Numbered from the whole stretch's first letter, positions 25,394 to 38,735 are shown. The stretch: DNA of 62,732 nucleotides, filler included, from Rhabdomonas costata (GCA_019059605.1; 48 parts of 48 records of this genome joined end to end with filler, not necessarily neighbours in it); one strand, 5' to 3'. Program-made: numbers and translations. The notes: generated by a model not told the origin, from the letters alone.

Positions 25394-26210
25394 ACAAAGC
25401 AAGCAAATGTGTCCATCACTTTCACAGTATACTGCCTTCATGCCATGGCCGGAAGTTGTGGGGGACCCCACACAAATGTGGGGTGGCTGTGTGTCATTAT
25501 CGGTTGTCCGGGCTGGAATCGAGGGCCCTCCCTCCGGCCGGCTGGACCATAGTAGATATACCACGGAACCCCTATACTTGGAATCCAAGACCCCATGGCC
25601 CAGGTACCTGTGGGACCCCCACACACACAAGCACAAGCGGGGGCGGGGAGTACAATGGTCCCCGCGTGGAGCAACCTTGTTTAGGTGGGTGCACAAGGAT
25701 CCTCCCCCCTCCGAGGCGGCCTATGTACCTGCATCAGGGGGCTCTATTGGTCTATTAGTTTTTTGGGTGACCATTGGCACACCATAACGACGTATATGCA
25801 CAGTACTGGACCCTTCTATCCGAGGCTCGATTCCCCCAGGGGCCCGGAACGGAAGCCCCCAGACGTCGTATTCTTTTTGCGAGGGGATGTTGCCACTGAG
25901 GGCGTGGTTCTCACTGGAACCGGAAGGCCCTTTTGTGTGTGTTTTGTGCACGTCCAAGGTCAGTTCTGCTAAGGTCAATTTTTGCTTGTGTGAGGCCGAC
26001 CAGACCATACTGAGAAAGAAATTACTTTTGCCCCCCTCCCTCATACCCCCTCCCGATTTGTTAACTCCATGGTTCAATGACGTCAAAACCAACNNNNNNN
26101 NNNNNNNNNNNNNNNNNNNNNNNNNNNNNNNNNNNNNTTAATTAATTAANNNNNNNNNNNNNNNNNNNNNNNNNNNNNNNNNNNNNNNNNNNNGGTGGGG
26201 GGCTGTACAG

Positions 26211-26988
26211 AAGGGCTCGATGGGGGTGGCCAAGGTTCTCCTGGCCCGCGGCGCGGACGTGCAATTCACGGACGAGCTTGGGTTGACTGCGGCGGTGTAC
26301 GCCTCCTCCAGCTCCCTGATGCTGCACTTCCTGGCCAGTCGGGGGGCCGACCTGCTGGGGGTGCGGTCGAAGCGCGGCGGCTCCCTGCTGCACTTCGTCA
26401 GTCAGAACGGCTTCTTGTACAGTGCAGTTTACCTCCTCGAGAAGGCCGGGTGGAAGGTTTTGCGTTTGTGCGCTCGTGTGTGTGTGTGTGGATCCACATT
26501 CACACGGGGAGAAGGATGGTCCGAGGGGCAGAGTATGCGAGGCCGTCTGGGCTTCTTAACGTAGCTGTGGGTCATACCCCGTGAAGGGATGGCCAACCCT
26601 GCGCGAGCAAGAACTTCGCGCACACATGATACATTGACAGTCGGAGAGGACTATAGGGTGGGAAAGGACCGGTTTTTCCTTTCTCCAGACGATTTGGACA
26701 ACAACAACACCTTCAAAAGCAGCATTCACAAAGCCAGTCGTTTTTGTACGCTGTTGCTTTTGCTTCCTGCAGAGGTTTTGGGATCACCGGAGAGGGCAGT
26801 TCTGGGTGTTGGAGTGAGCACTGATGTATTTTGGATGTGCTTGCTGACAGGACCTCGACGTGACGGACCAGGATGGCATGACCCCACTCCATCTCGCAGC
26901 GGTTTTCCAGCGCGTGGAGGTGGCAAAGCTGCTGATCTCAAAGGGCGCCGACCTTTTTGCCACGAACCGCACTCTGAATACCCCACTG
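26211..26988 (+). CDS. Ankyrin-repeat protein, exons 26211-26456 and 26851-26988
   Basis: VAKVLLARGADV...; DQDGMTPLHLAA...VAKLLISKGADL...NTPL. In-phase GT-AG intron. Confidence 0.9.
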
Positions 26989-29387
26989 GTGCTTCTTACC
27001 AACGCACACGCGCTCGTACGAGCGCACACTCAGTCGCTTGCTTGCTTGGTTGCTCGCTATCTGTTGTTCTCCGCTCGTTTTCCTGAGGCGTGCGCACACC
27101 GCGCTGTGCGCAGTTGCAGTTGTGCGTGTATGTGACCCCACTGTAATCTCGAATTTGCAGGGCAATGCTCAGAAGGCTGCGGAGTGACTTTGTGTCATCA
27201 AACACTCTCTGCTGATTCTGAATGGAGGTCTTGCTCCTCAAAGAGAATTCAGCTCGTCACACTGATTTCTGTCGTTGAATCATCGGATGGACGCGAAGTT
27301 TTGGTGTCCGTCTGTGTGTATCAGTAAATGTCTCTTGGACGGTGCTTACAGTTCGCTCCGAGAGGGATCCTGGCCCACAGACGGGCCCCATCCCACNNNN
27401 NNNNNNNNNNNNNNNNNNNNNNNNNNNNNNNNNNNNNNNNTTAATTAATTAANNNNNNNNNNNNNNNNNNNNNNNNNNNNNNNNNNNNNNNNNNNNGTTT
27501 GTTGGTTCTCTTTTTCAGGGAAATGAGTTTTGTGGGTTTTCTTTAGAATTTGGCGATCGCAGGTTGATTGCCCGCCCTCAGAGAGCGTTTTCGGCCGGAT
27601 CGGACGTTCTTCCTCTGAAGGATCACTGCACGTGCTCAGCGTGTCGCAGTGGCAACGAGACGCCATGTCTTCGGCTTGTTTTTGTCGGCCTGCTTCCATC
27701 TTCGGAGCACCCGAATGTCGAAGTGAGCTGTGATTCGAGCACTTTGCGGGCTGTTCGCGATTTAGCTGCCGGGGATTGTCTCATGTTGCAAAGGTGATGC
27801 AGGCTATTGGGATGCGATCACTTTTCCCTCATGCACCTATCTGCTCATCAAACTATGAGCAGATGAATGAGATGTGGGATTAGAAGGACAAAAAGTTTCC
27901 TCCCAGTCTGTGCCTTTTTTATGGCGACAGCTCTCAGATGTGCTTTTGAGGCCATGGTTCGTGGCCTGGGACTTATTCGTTTTTCGACCGGATGATCCTA
28001 CGGCAGTGTCATATCTGCAGTTGGGCTATATATTATATTATATTTTACTTCACACCCGTATTTGAAGCGTAGGTAGTAGTTTCAATTTTTGCAGTGGAGA
28101 AGGCACGTTTATCGGATCTAATACAATTTCCATCTTGAACTATAGCAGGCTACACCGTAAATCGAGAGTTTACAACCTTGCATATTCACCAAGAGACAGC
28201 ATATGCTACCCAAGCCCAGCGGCATAAAAACACAACAAAAAGGATCGGAGGTGCAATCGGAAGGAGCTTCGTAGCTCCCAATTCACCGGGCAACAGATGT
28301 GGGCGGCAATCCAAATAAAGCCGAAGCGCGGGAGCGCAATGCGATCCCCCGAGGCAGCTTATCTCGGTGCTAAATGCATGTCAGAAACAAACTTCTGCAA
28401 TGCAAAGTCTGCAGAAATAACAATGAAAAGGCTGCACACGAAGCTGAAAAGCAAGATAAACAGAACCAAAGAAGGAGAAAGAAAAAGAGAGAGAACGTGC
28501 GGTCAACAAGCTGTTCGCATAGCTGAAATTAAATGGGCTGAGGTGGGGGGAGAGAGGACATTGCGTCATCATTACCGTCCCTAGAAGTATTTCTGTTCAC
28601 CGCGATCGCCTCAATAGCCCATGTCCGTCGCTCCCCGAGCCATGTCTCTCTGACCCATCCCCATCTCCAGGTTGCCCTCGGCCTTCTCTCCGCGGCCCAA
28701 CACCCNNNNNNNNNNNNNNNNNNNNNNNNNNNNNNNNNNNNNNNNNNNNTTAATTAATTAANNNNNNNNNNNNNNNNNNNNNNNNNNNNNNNNNNNNNNN
28801 NNNNNGGTGGGTTGTCGGGAGAAGGGACAGGTAGGAGAGAGGAGAGTTAAGCGGTTCCTGCTGAGCAGAGAAAGAAGGCGGGTTCAGAATTGGTAAGCAT
28901 GAGGCCAGGAGATCAGTAGCCCCCTCCTCCAGACTCGGCGCAGACATCCATGAATCATACCCCCACATACCTATCGGGGGGGGGGTATTCACTGGGGCGT
29001 TTAGGCCCTACTCTCCACAACCGTACACCTCTGAGTGCCTGATGATCTTACGAGTCACCACTGTATTTCTTTCTCAACTTTTTGTGTTATCTTCCCCACA
29101 TCTTCTCTCACAAGCGCTGCTGGCATTCCACAAACACAGACGAACATGCAGTTTACTTGTTTGTTGATTGCAGGCTTACTTTTTTTTGTAGCGACTGCTC
29201 TTTCGTCTCACCCTCACTCAAGCGCCCATGCCAGGCGAGAAAAAAGAGCATCATCGGGCAGCATTATGAGCCAAGAGTGTCACGCGCGGCGGCCGGTTTC
29301 TGTCCTGGTCCAGTGCTTTTGATACACTCCCGACTTCCTGGTCTGGTCACGGAAAACTGACAACCCCTTTATTGATTAACAGATATT

Positions 29388-29391
29388 ACAC

Positions 29392-29434
<43 letters not shown>

Positions 29435-29570
29435 AACACATACACATACACAAGGCACAAGGTCGTTTGGAGTTCTCCACCAGGCAGCTTCTGTTTGATT
29501 CTCCCTCCGTGGCCGCTGCTTTGGGGGTAACGAACACCCCTTCCTCTACTGCTGGGCGGCGCCCACGCAC

Positions 29571-29605
<35 letters not shown>

Positions 29606-29616
29606 CACACACACAC
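29388..29616 (+). repeat. (CATACA)n at 29388-29451 and (CA)n at about 29568-29616
   Basis: Visible tandem arrays. Confidence 0.9.
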
Positions 29617-29799
29617 CCTACGGAGGGACTTGTACTGCAGCCTCTCCGCCCGCACCCCGTTGCGCAACAGAGTGATGATCGACCGTGGGCTGTCCAGCAC
29701 CACGGCGTCCTCCCCGTCCATCACAAGCGCGTTGCGCTCCAGGAGATCCTCGTGCATCGTGTTCAGGTTGAACACACATCGCGGCACAGCCTTGCTCCC
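29617..29799 (-). CDS. Internal exon of an unknown protein
   Basis: 183-nt open frame GSKAVPRCVFNL...LDSPRSIITLLRNG...KSLRR, bounded by tag and gt. Confidence 0.6.
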
Positions 29800-30115
29800 C
29801 TACAGCACCCCCCCCTCCATAAGTCCCAGATTACGCAGGAGACCCCACATTGCTTGGTCACGATTGTTGTAACTGCGGAACGTGGCGAAGGAAAAAAGGA
29901 GCTACTCATGTACGGATTTGCCTCTTCCCAATTCTGAACCCGCCTTCTTTCTCTGCTCAGCAGGAACCGCTTCACTCTCCTCTCTCCTACCTGTCCCTTC
30001 TCCCGACAACCCACCNNNNNNNNNNNNNNNNNNNNNNNNNNNNNNNNNNNNNNNNNNNNTTAATTAATTAANNNNNNNNNNNNNNNNNNNNNNNNNNNNN
30101 NNNNNNNNNNNNNNN

Positions 30116-30400
30116 CACTTGTGGAGAGACTAGCCTCTGGAACGCTCCTATTTAATGATGGTGCCAGAGCTTACACCTCTGTCTGTAAGGATTTTAGTAT
30201 CTTCATTGCTCAGGTGGAACACAATAAGGGAGAGTTTTGTCGTCTTCAGACTGTTCCAGGCAGACTTCGGGTTGTTTCCACTCAGGGTATTGACGGTGCC
30301 TGGGGAAACTTAAAAACCTTACTCAGAGATTGTGGTGGTTTCTCCGCTGACCAATTAGAGAGCTGTGTGAAGGAGTTTTAGTGGCAAAGGAACTTAGAAA
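30116..30400 (+). mobile_element. Merlin/IS1595(ISXO2)-like transposase C-terminus with premature stop
   Basis: LFNDGARAY...VEHNKGEF...STQGIDGAWGNLK...LESCVKEF*WQRN. TAG at 30379-30381. Confidence 0.8.
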
Positions 30401-31755
30401 AGGATAATTTTAACTTTAATTTCGCTACTGTGGTGCATCAAAAATGGTTGTTTTTAGTGACTTCCTCACCCCATGCCAAATGCTTTTACAGTTATCTCCT
30501 GCCGTAGCGGTGGATGGTGTGGGCTGCTAATCAGAGGTAATGTTGCTAGACCTGCTTTGTTGAGTCGACTTGTACTTCACCATCAAATTTCTGTGGTGTT
30601 CCACGCACAAAAATTCTCCTTACCACTACCTTCTGCAGACCAATGCTGCATTCTGGAATATGCTCGTCAAATTCCACGCTTGCCAAAGCGGCGAATACGG
30701 ATATTTTAAAAAACCCCTCTGCAATACTACGGGCTACTGGGAAAAATCACTGATGCTGCCTTTGGTTTGAGATTTACATGGCATTCCTTGCGCCGCGGGG
30801 GGGCCACTGCCAGCGCCCATTTAGGAAAGTCAGCAAATCCGCCGGTTTGGATGTTGGCGCAGAGATCGCGCCATCACTCACTACATATTCCCTGATCAAA
30901 AGTTCCCTTGAGCCGTTGGCGTAATGGCCAATCTCCTGAAACTTTTGCGCGCACCGCACGTCAACGTGCTTCAAAGTCGGGTTCGAAGCTCTCGACGCGC
31001 CCTGCCATCGCACAACCTAACCACCTCAGTACTGTTGGCCATGATGGACTTCGGCTACAGTCGGTATTACCGCACCTGTCTCTGTGGCCAACGCTGCGCA
31101 CACTGGTGGTCGCCAATCTTGATGAGAACGACGTCGCCCCGTTTGATGACTACAATAAAGAAGTCGATCGTGTGGAAGCGACACTTACAACCTGTAAACC
31201 TTTGCACCATGGTTCCATCCAAGTTTCGGTCTCTGTAGTGGCTGATCCTAACTCTTCCTGTCTCTACACAAAAGCTATGAGTTGTTTACCCCCATACCAC
31301 TCGCCACACCACACCCCCAACACANNNNNNNNNNNNNNNNNNNNNNNNNNNNNNNNNNNNNNNNNNNNTTAATTAATTAANNNNNNNNNNNNNNNNNNNN
31401 NNNNNNNNNNNNNNNNNNNNNNNNGTGGTGGGTGTGGTTGGGTGGGGGGGTGGCCGGAGCGGACAGCTGACGTGGTAATGTCGCGCGGGGGGCACATTTG
31501 TGTCTTACTTGACAGCGCGCGACAATAATTACTCACGTTTGGAGGTGTGGCGGACACAAAACTACAAAACTACAACCACAAAACTAGCTTCACACCGCTG
31601 CACGAAAACATTGACCTTTTGACACTCCGGTTCCAAGGGAACGGAAAAGACAATCAATATAATTCAGCAGAGAGTTCCGTGATTCGCGTTCGGGGTGCTG
31701 GCTGTGTGGGGTTGGAGGGGTAAGAATTGGGATTGGGCTGAGGGTCAGAGCAGAC

Positions 31756-31957
31756 CTGCTCCACATGGAAGGCGGTGAGGAGGTGGACCGTGGGGTCCCC
31801 ACGGCGACGGAGGATCACGGAGGGTACAATGAGGTGGAAACTGTGGCCGTCCGTGCCCTGGACACGGGTGTACTGCTTCATCGAGGAGTGCGGGGAGGAG
31901 CTGGCCTTGGGGTCGTCTGGGGGCAGGTCGTTGGCCCAAACCACTCCGTGAAGGGCC
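31756..31957 (-). CDS. Internal exon of an unknown protein
   Basis: GC-rich open frame ALHGVVWANDLPP...FHLIVPSVILRR...TAFHVEQ, bounded by cag and gt. Confidence 0.55.
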
Positions 31958-33117
31958 CTGGTGCATGCATATTAGGTGCGAACCTATGACCCCCTTTTCT
32001 ATTCAGAAGGACTTGTAGGTGCTCAAAAGGGCTACCAAGGGCTTTAAAAACAAAAGACAATCCATAGTGGTCATCCTTTTTTAGTTAAGTTAGTATGGGA
32101 CACAAACTACGAGTGGTTTTCAGAATGAAATCTGTGGAAGTGGGGATGTCGCGGGGCGGGCAGTGTGATGTGTAGTGTCCCGGAATGAGGGTGGCTGGTG
32201 CCCAGCATTGTCCGTGCAAATTTGCACAGCCTCTGTCTGATCTGTGACAGTCATATGTGCTTTTTTTAGGCTGCTCTGATGACAACACATTGTATAATCC
32301 GCGAACACTGAAGCCTTCCCAAAGGTTGAAGGATTTCCCTAAGCCCCTGAAGGCTGTCCCGAGGCAAGGCTGCGAAATAATCACTTGCGGAGATGATTGC
32401 AGGAAGAAGAAGCATCCCCACACACAACCTGATATCTTGGTCTCCCTTGCCCAGGTACGGAGGCCAGACTCCTTCCTGAATGGGGACAACCGTGCAGCAG
32501 CAACAAGGAGAAGACGAAAGGAAGTGATTGCAGCGCGAGGAATTAATGAATTCGCCACGCCAGGCTTGCGACTGCGACCGGAAGAGCAAAACGCAGTCGT
32601 TTACAACCAAAACCCCATCGCACATTCAATAAGNNNNNNNNNNNNNNNNNNNNNNNNNNNNNNNNNNNNNNNNNNNNTTAATTAATTAANNNNNNNNNNN
32701 NNNNNNNNNNNNNNNNNNNNNNNNNNNNNNNNNTTTTGGGGTGGGAAGAGGAAAAGGTGGCAGAGTATAATTCTCTTTGCCTGCGCGTTGCCAACGCCAC
32801 GGCATGTTGCCATGTTGCCTCCGGCTGGCGGGTGCCCACACATACGATTCGAGCATTCCGTTCACCGTTCACACATTTTAAACAAACCCCTGTTTCCGCG
32901 CTCCTCAAACCCACCCAAACCCAGCACTACATAAACCAATGGGCTAACATTCACAGCAAGACATGTTGCAACAAGAGGAGGGGCACAAGAGAGAAGAGAG
33001 GGTTCATATGGTTATCTAAAAAATATTCAACTGTTACACAACTCACTCATGTCGAAATGCACTAACTCTGCTCACAGCCAGGGTTTAATTACAAACGTTT
33101 TCTTGGAAATCCTACTA

Positions 33118-33256
33118 ATGAATCTTTCCAAGAAAACAAACGTCAAAGGGGCTTTGGTGCTTTCTGATGGAACCAGATTCGAAGGATACCACTTTGGAGC
33201 TTCAAGATGTTCGGCTGGTGAAGTTGTTTTCAACACTGGAATGGTCGGATATCCGG
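33118..33256 (+). CDS. Carbamoyl-phosphate synthetase small-chain (CPS II/CAD) N-terminal exon
   Basis: [17 protein letters not shown]...[13 protein letters not shown] followed by a GT donor. Confidence 0.9.
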
Positions 33257-34724
33257 GTATCCTTTTTTGTTGCAGATTTTATATGATAATTTTTTAATAG
33301 GCTCTACCACCTTTTAGCTCAGCACTGGAGACATCAAAATAACAAAGCGGCACACGTGTCCCCGGAGCTTATGTTGGTGTCGCAGGGGGTTAGGGGGTGG
33401 TGACACGTGTCTACCCTAACCCCAACCGTTACCAAATCCTTACCCTTTCTTTTTGATTGCTTTCGAGTCTTCACACTTGCAAGCGCAAGCGAAGACACTT
33501 ATGCCGTTGTTTCACATTCACCGGTTCACCTCCCCTATTGACCAATTTTTCCCCTTGTTTTCACGTTCGTTAACTTCATCTTTCCTCTTCCCTCTCACCA
33601 ATTCCACGCGACCCAACGTTGACGTTTTTTTCGCACGCATGCACGCGCGCACACACGCACACACATTGCGCCTTGGCGCGCGCGCGCGCGCGCGGGCACA
33701 CACACACACACACGCTCCGGACCTCAGCTCACTTCCTCTCCCCCCACTCCTCTTCCTCCCTCACCCGTCCGTCTAGTTCCTTTCCTTTTTGTTCCTTTTG
33801 TTCTACCAGTTACTATCCACCCAGCACATTCTTTTTGCAAGGCTAATTCTCTCGGAGAGCAAAGCCGAAGCAGGCCTGGAGTCTTTAGCATATACGTGAC
33901 CGGTCCCTGGGGTCCGGAGATTCCCGACCTTTCACCCACAACNNNNNNNNNNNNNNNNNNNNNNNNNNNNNNNNNNNNNNNNNNNNTTAATTAATTAANN
34001 NNNNNNNNNNNNNNNNNNNNNNNNNNNNNNNNNNNNNNNNNNGGTGTTGTTTATACCCCTTTTCCGTACATTTTTAGGTTCCAGGACTGACTTGGACACC
34101 TTTATTTTCTTCCCCTTTTCTTTCCCATTTTCCTCCTTCTCCTTCGTCTTTTTCTTTCGTGCACAACAAATACAAACTCATTCACTGTCCCAGTTACCCA
34201 ACCCCAAACGCTGTGTGGGGACTTTGTGCAGGATGCGTGCCCGTGCCCGTGCCCCGACTTTACAGTATAAGGAGAAATTGGGGACAGGGGAAAGGAGGTG
34301 ATGGAAGAGGAAGCTGGAAGGGCTATAACGAAGGACTGCGCAAATCGGGAACTGAGAGGCTGGGGCTGGAAGGGCGAAACGTGGGCACGGCGCAGACGGA
34401 AGGAGAGGGCATGGAACGTGGGGGCATGGCGGTGGCTGAGGCAAGGCAAAAAGTACTGTGAGAAGAGGCGAACTGGAGGAGAAGGTATGGCGATTGGAGA
34501 AGCTGGTGCCGTGGTGTGTGTTGAAGGGAATTCTTGAAGGAAGCAGTTGAATGGGTGGGTGTTCGGTATGTATGCATGTGTGAGTCAGTGTTTTGTGCGT
34601 GTGCGTGTGAACACTCGAATCGTGTTAGTGTCTCTGCGAGTCCATTGGCACACGCCTACCGGGGACTTGACTTCCTTTAATCACATTTTTATGCACACCC
34701 GAGAAGAAGCAATGACAATTTCAG

Positions 34725-34970
34725 GCAACGACCTTCAACATCTACGTGCCGAAGCTGCTGAAGCAGTTGGTGACGAACATGCAGCTGATCCAGTTTGTGA
34801 CGATGATGGCGCAGGCCGTGTACATCCTGGCCATGGGGTGCCCCTACCCCCACCCCATCACGTGGGTCTACCTGGTGTACATCCTGTCGCTGTTTGTTCT
34901 GTTCAAGCAATTCTCCGCCCGGGAGTACGGCGACCAGGGGGGCAAGGCCAAGGGGTCCAAGAAGGCGTAG
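34725..34970 (+). CDS. Fatty-acid elongase (ELO/GNS1-SUR4), last exon
   Basis: KQLVTNMQLIQF...YILSLFVLFKQF and a C-terminal KKA* di-lysine-like tail. Acceptor ttcag. Confidence 0.88.
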   Translation, partial: ATTFNIYVPKLLKQLVTNMQLIQFVTMMAQAVYILAMGCPYPHPITWVYLVYILSLFVLFKQFSAREYGDQGGKAKGSKKA

Positions 34971-36455
34971 AAGGTCGTATCTATTGCTGGCGGCGTATAT
35001 AGCCCCTTTCTCTCGATGATGAGTGTTGGACTGGAAATCCTGTCTCTGTGTGTGGATGTTGTGGCAGGCATACATCATACAGGCATACATCGTACAAGAG
35101 AAAAACACTGCAGTGACGCTGTCATGTTTTCGTGCTTGCGTTCTGCTCAATTTTACTGCGAGGGTGAATGCGCGGAATCCTGTTGCATTCCAACATCTGG
35201 AAAGTTTACAGTTCCGAAGAGAATGGGTGATACGGAGTGGTTTATGAACAGNNNNNNNNNNNNNNNNNNNNNNNNNNNNNNNNNNNNNNNNNNNNTTAAT
35301 TAATTAANNNNNNNNNNNNNNNNNNNNNNNNNNNNNNNNNNNNNNNNNNNNGGTTTTGGTGGGGCGTGAGAGTTGGGAGGGAAAGGGAAGGGAAGGGGTG
35401 GTCGGCTATATTGTGGTGCCCAGCCGGCCCTCGTGCCGGAGCACTGCCATCCGCCCTGGGGCCTCGACGCGGGTCCCCGCCTTGGTTTGGAGGCAGGCCG
35501 GGTGGTCCCAGACATTGACGATCTGCATGTCAAACACAAGGGGAATGACGCACCGTGTCAGAAGAGAACCACAGGGAGGCCGAAGGGAGGGGACAATGGC
35601 ATGTAAAATAGAAAAAGTAGCAATAAGCATGCGGTGATTTGGAGCCCACATACCACAGGCAGTCCACGTCCCTTACGGCGGAAGAGACAAAACTTCCAGC
35701 GGAAGCGCACAAGAGGATCCAAAGTTCCCATCCGATTTCTCAGCGAAGAAGACAGCACGAGCGCGAGGATGCGGCAATAAAGACTCATCAGGGATTTAGA
35801 GATGATGACCTTGCGCCCACGCTCAGGTTCAGGTTTTCGATCAACGGTGTCACACGGCCATAAGGCCCAGCAGGCCAGGCGTGCAAAAAAGCGAACAATC
35901 CCACACATACACACACAGAACTTGCAACAACCCAGCACCTCCTTTGTTTTCATTGTCTGCACCCCCTTGGGTGGGGAACAGCAGGCCTTCAGACCCTCTC
36001 ATGCGTCCGGTGTGTCCAGTGCGAGGAAAGAGTGTGAGGTGTCCAATCCTCCATGATCCCCCACTGCATCCGAAATACCCCCTGGGGTCTGACGTGGAAT
36101 CCTGCGAAGCCCATCACTACCCCCCACCAGCGCGCGCACACACACATACACACACACACCGGGATCTGAGGCTTGGAGCGGGGCACGCAAATCCCCAGCC
36201 ACGCCTTCCGGCAGGCGCAGGGTTCCCCACCCAAAGGGTTGTCCTGAAAGGAGGCGCGGGGAAAACACACACATGCACCATTGGGAACGGTATAATGTCA
36301 AAATAGCATAATGTCAAAACGGCATCGTTTACAGCACCCTTAGAGACAAGGAGGAATGAATGTGTGACACAAAAAACTTGCCCATGTTACAACTACGCTC
36401 GCTGAACAAGGGTTGAAGTGTTCAGGGTTCAGTACAAGGTCAGGGACAACATTGC

Positions 36456-36553
36456 TGTCGAGCACGGCCGAGGGAAAGTTGACTTGGGCGTTTTTGTTCC
36501 CTCCGGAGGGAACAAAAACGCCCAAGTCAACTTTCCCTCGGCCGTGCTCGACA
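36456..36553. repeat. Perfect 98-bp palindrome at a contig end (fold-back)
   Basis: Centred on tcc|gga at 36504/36505. Confidence 0.9.
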
Positions 36554-37044
36554 ACAACACNNNNNNNNNNNNNNNNNNNNNNNNNNNNNNNNNNNNNNNN
36601 NNNNTTAATTAATTAANNNNNNNNNNNNNNNNNNNNNNNNNNNNNNNNNNNNNNNNNNNNGGGTGTGGGGTGATCGACGTGCGAGGCTCTGACTTCGCGG
36701 TATGCCTTGGTGGTCTCGTCAAAATCTGGTGGTGACTTTTCGACCCTCACGTTGCTTCTGGGATTGAAATCGCCCTCTTGTTGTTGTTGTGCTTTCCTGT
36801 CTTCCCACACCTCTCTTGTTGGATTTCGAAGTCCTTTATCACCCTCTCCCAATATCATAAACTTCCTCCCTGCCCCTTCTTTTTCCTGCCTGCTCAGTTG
36901 AACAGAATGTAGACATTGTTTTGTTGAGGTGTTGGAAATTCACAACACAACATTGACCCTCTAATATGGCATCTCATATACCACACTCGCAAAGCTGGGC
37001 CGCCTTCTCCACTGCCTTTCTTTCGTTCTGCATTATTCTCACAG

Positions 37045-37185
37045 GGAGGCCACATCCCACTCTCTTACAACCTGCCCGTGGGGCTGTTCCGCAGCCTGGC
37101 AGCGCAGCCCTCGTTCCGGACAGCGATCTGCGGCACCCCAAGGGTGATCTTCGTGTGTATCAACGGTGAAGTGGAGAGCCCTGAG
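37045..37185 (+). CDS. Rhodanese/Cdc25-like domain exon
   Basis: GGHIPLSYNLP...RVIFVCING. 141 nt bounded by cacag and gtgag. Confidence 0.7.
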
Positions 37186-38552
37186 GTGAGGCTCGCGCTT
37201 CAGACCGCCAGTTTTCTCCCTCCCTCCTCGCTCATGGATTCCTCGCAAGGAAAGGTTGAAATTCGGAGTTTTGTTCAACTTGAATTTTTGATTGCAAAAA
37301 AGTTTGGTTTACCTTCAAAAACAAAAGAAACCAAACAATGTCCAGTGGTTAGGTTCAGTAGGTCCAGCGATGCAAAGAAGCAAAACATGTCGTGAAGAAT
37401 GGTGCGGGAAGGGAACAGGCAGACCGAAACAAAACTGGGCACGAGAACCTGGTGAGAACCAGCAAAAACGGAAAGGGTGCTGTTTGTGCTGACACATAAC
37501 CGTGCTGGCCAAATTGAGGGCTTCAGATATTCAGGTATTCAGTGGAAATCGCCGCTGTCCATGTTTCGGTGTCTCCCTCATCAGTGTGCACTCCATCTCC
37601 AAGAAAGTCTTCGTGGGGTCGCGAACACCCCAGGTACGCTGCTGTGCTCTGTATGCGGCTCCACGCCCAAACTTGTCCTGCTTTGCTTGGCCACCTTGCT
37701 CTCCTTGCCCAAGCATTGTTTATTTGGTCACGTGGCTTGTATCCAAAGTGGAAATCTGAAAGAAAAAGAAGGAAATAGTTCAGAAGATAATGAGTCCGTG
37801 CACCTTCCTTTTCCTTTTTGTGTGTTCCGTTTCTGCTTCATATCGCATGCCGAAGAAATTTGAGGGGTGNNNNNNNNNNNNNNNNNNNNNNNNNNNNNNN
37901 NNNNNNNNNNNNNTTAATTAATTAANNNNNNNNNNNNNNNNNNNNNNNNNNNNNNNNNNNNNNNNNNNNTTTGTGGGGGAGGGACGGTGAGCTCCTTTTT
38001 CGATGATTGGATGATCGGAGAAGCCTCGAGGCGACCCAGTGGACGTGAAAGGAGATGACGCGTCTTTCTTTCTTGTGGGTAGTTAAGTTTGCATTAGCTC
38101 TTGCATCCGAAGTCATACTTTGGTTTTCCTGAGCGGAAGCCTAACTAACTTGCTGTCTTGGTAAAGGGGCATAACCCTCTTTGCTGAAATTCGGCAGAGA
38201 ACTGTCTGGGCAGGACGCTAATAGTGTGAGTGAGCGAGGGATGGATGGGAAGATGAAGGGAATTGTTCTGGTGATATTTTAATATATATTTTTTAACATT
38301 AGAAATATTGCCCGTTTCACCTCAAAACTTCTGTACAAAGCTCGAAGGAGACCTTCGTGCGCGCTTTTCTCTTTCGGACATGATATAAGGCATCATCATC
38401 AATGCTCCTGCACCCCACAACCAGTGACAGTCTTTTGTCAACAATTTTGTTCCATTGAAAAGAAGCGGGAGGAACTTTTAATTCCGGTGGTGGCAGAAGG
38501 ACGTTCATGACAACCATGCCTCGTGCGCGGAATGCATGTGTGGTTGTTGCAG

Positions 38553-38735
38553 CACTGGCTGAAGAGGTGCCAGGACCTTGGCGTCGCTGTGGCGTTCTGG
38601 GTGGACTGCGAGGTCTACGAGGATCTTCTGCAGTGCCGTAGAGGACCAGATTTCGACACTGTGGTCTTCACCTTCCCCGAGGTGGAGGATGCTGAGGATA
38701 TTCCCAGTGGGGTACCCATGAACCAGCGCCTTCTG
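38553..38735 (+). CDS. BMT5-like (DUF2431) rRNA methyltransferase domain exon
   Basis: LGVAVAFWVDC...FDTVVFTFPE...MNQRLL resembles GV.V...VDA...FD.IVFNFPH...N..LL. Confidence 0.6.

Larger units (their letters stand above)
28806..30015. repeat. 88-bp inverted repeats (28806-28893 and 29928-30015, one mismatch) at both contig ends
   Basis: Direct comparison. The single difference is gttaag on the left versus gtgaag (reverse complement) on the right. Confidence 0.9.

Noticed and set aside
13103..33256. Carbamoyltransferase plus carbamoyl-phosphate synthetase as a pathway cluster
   Set aside because: They lie on different contigs, and contig order carries no linkage information.
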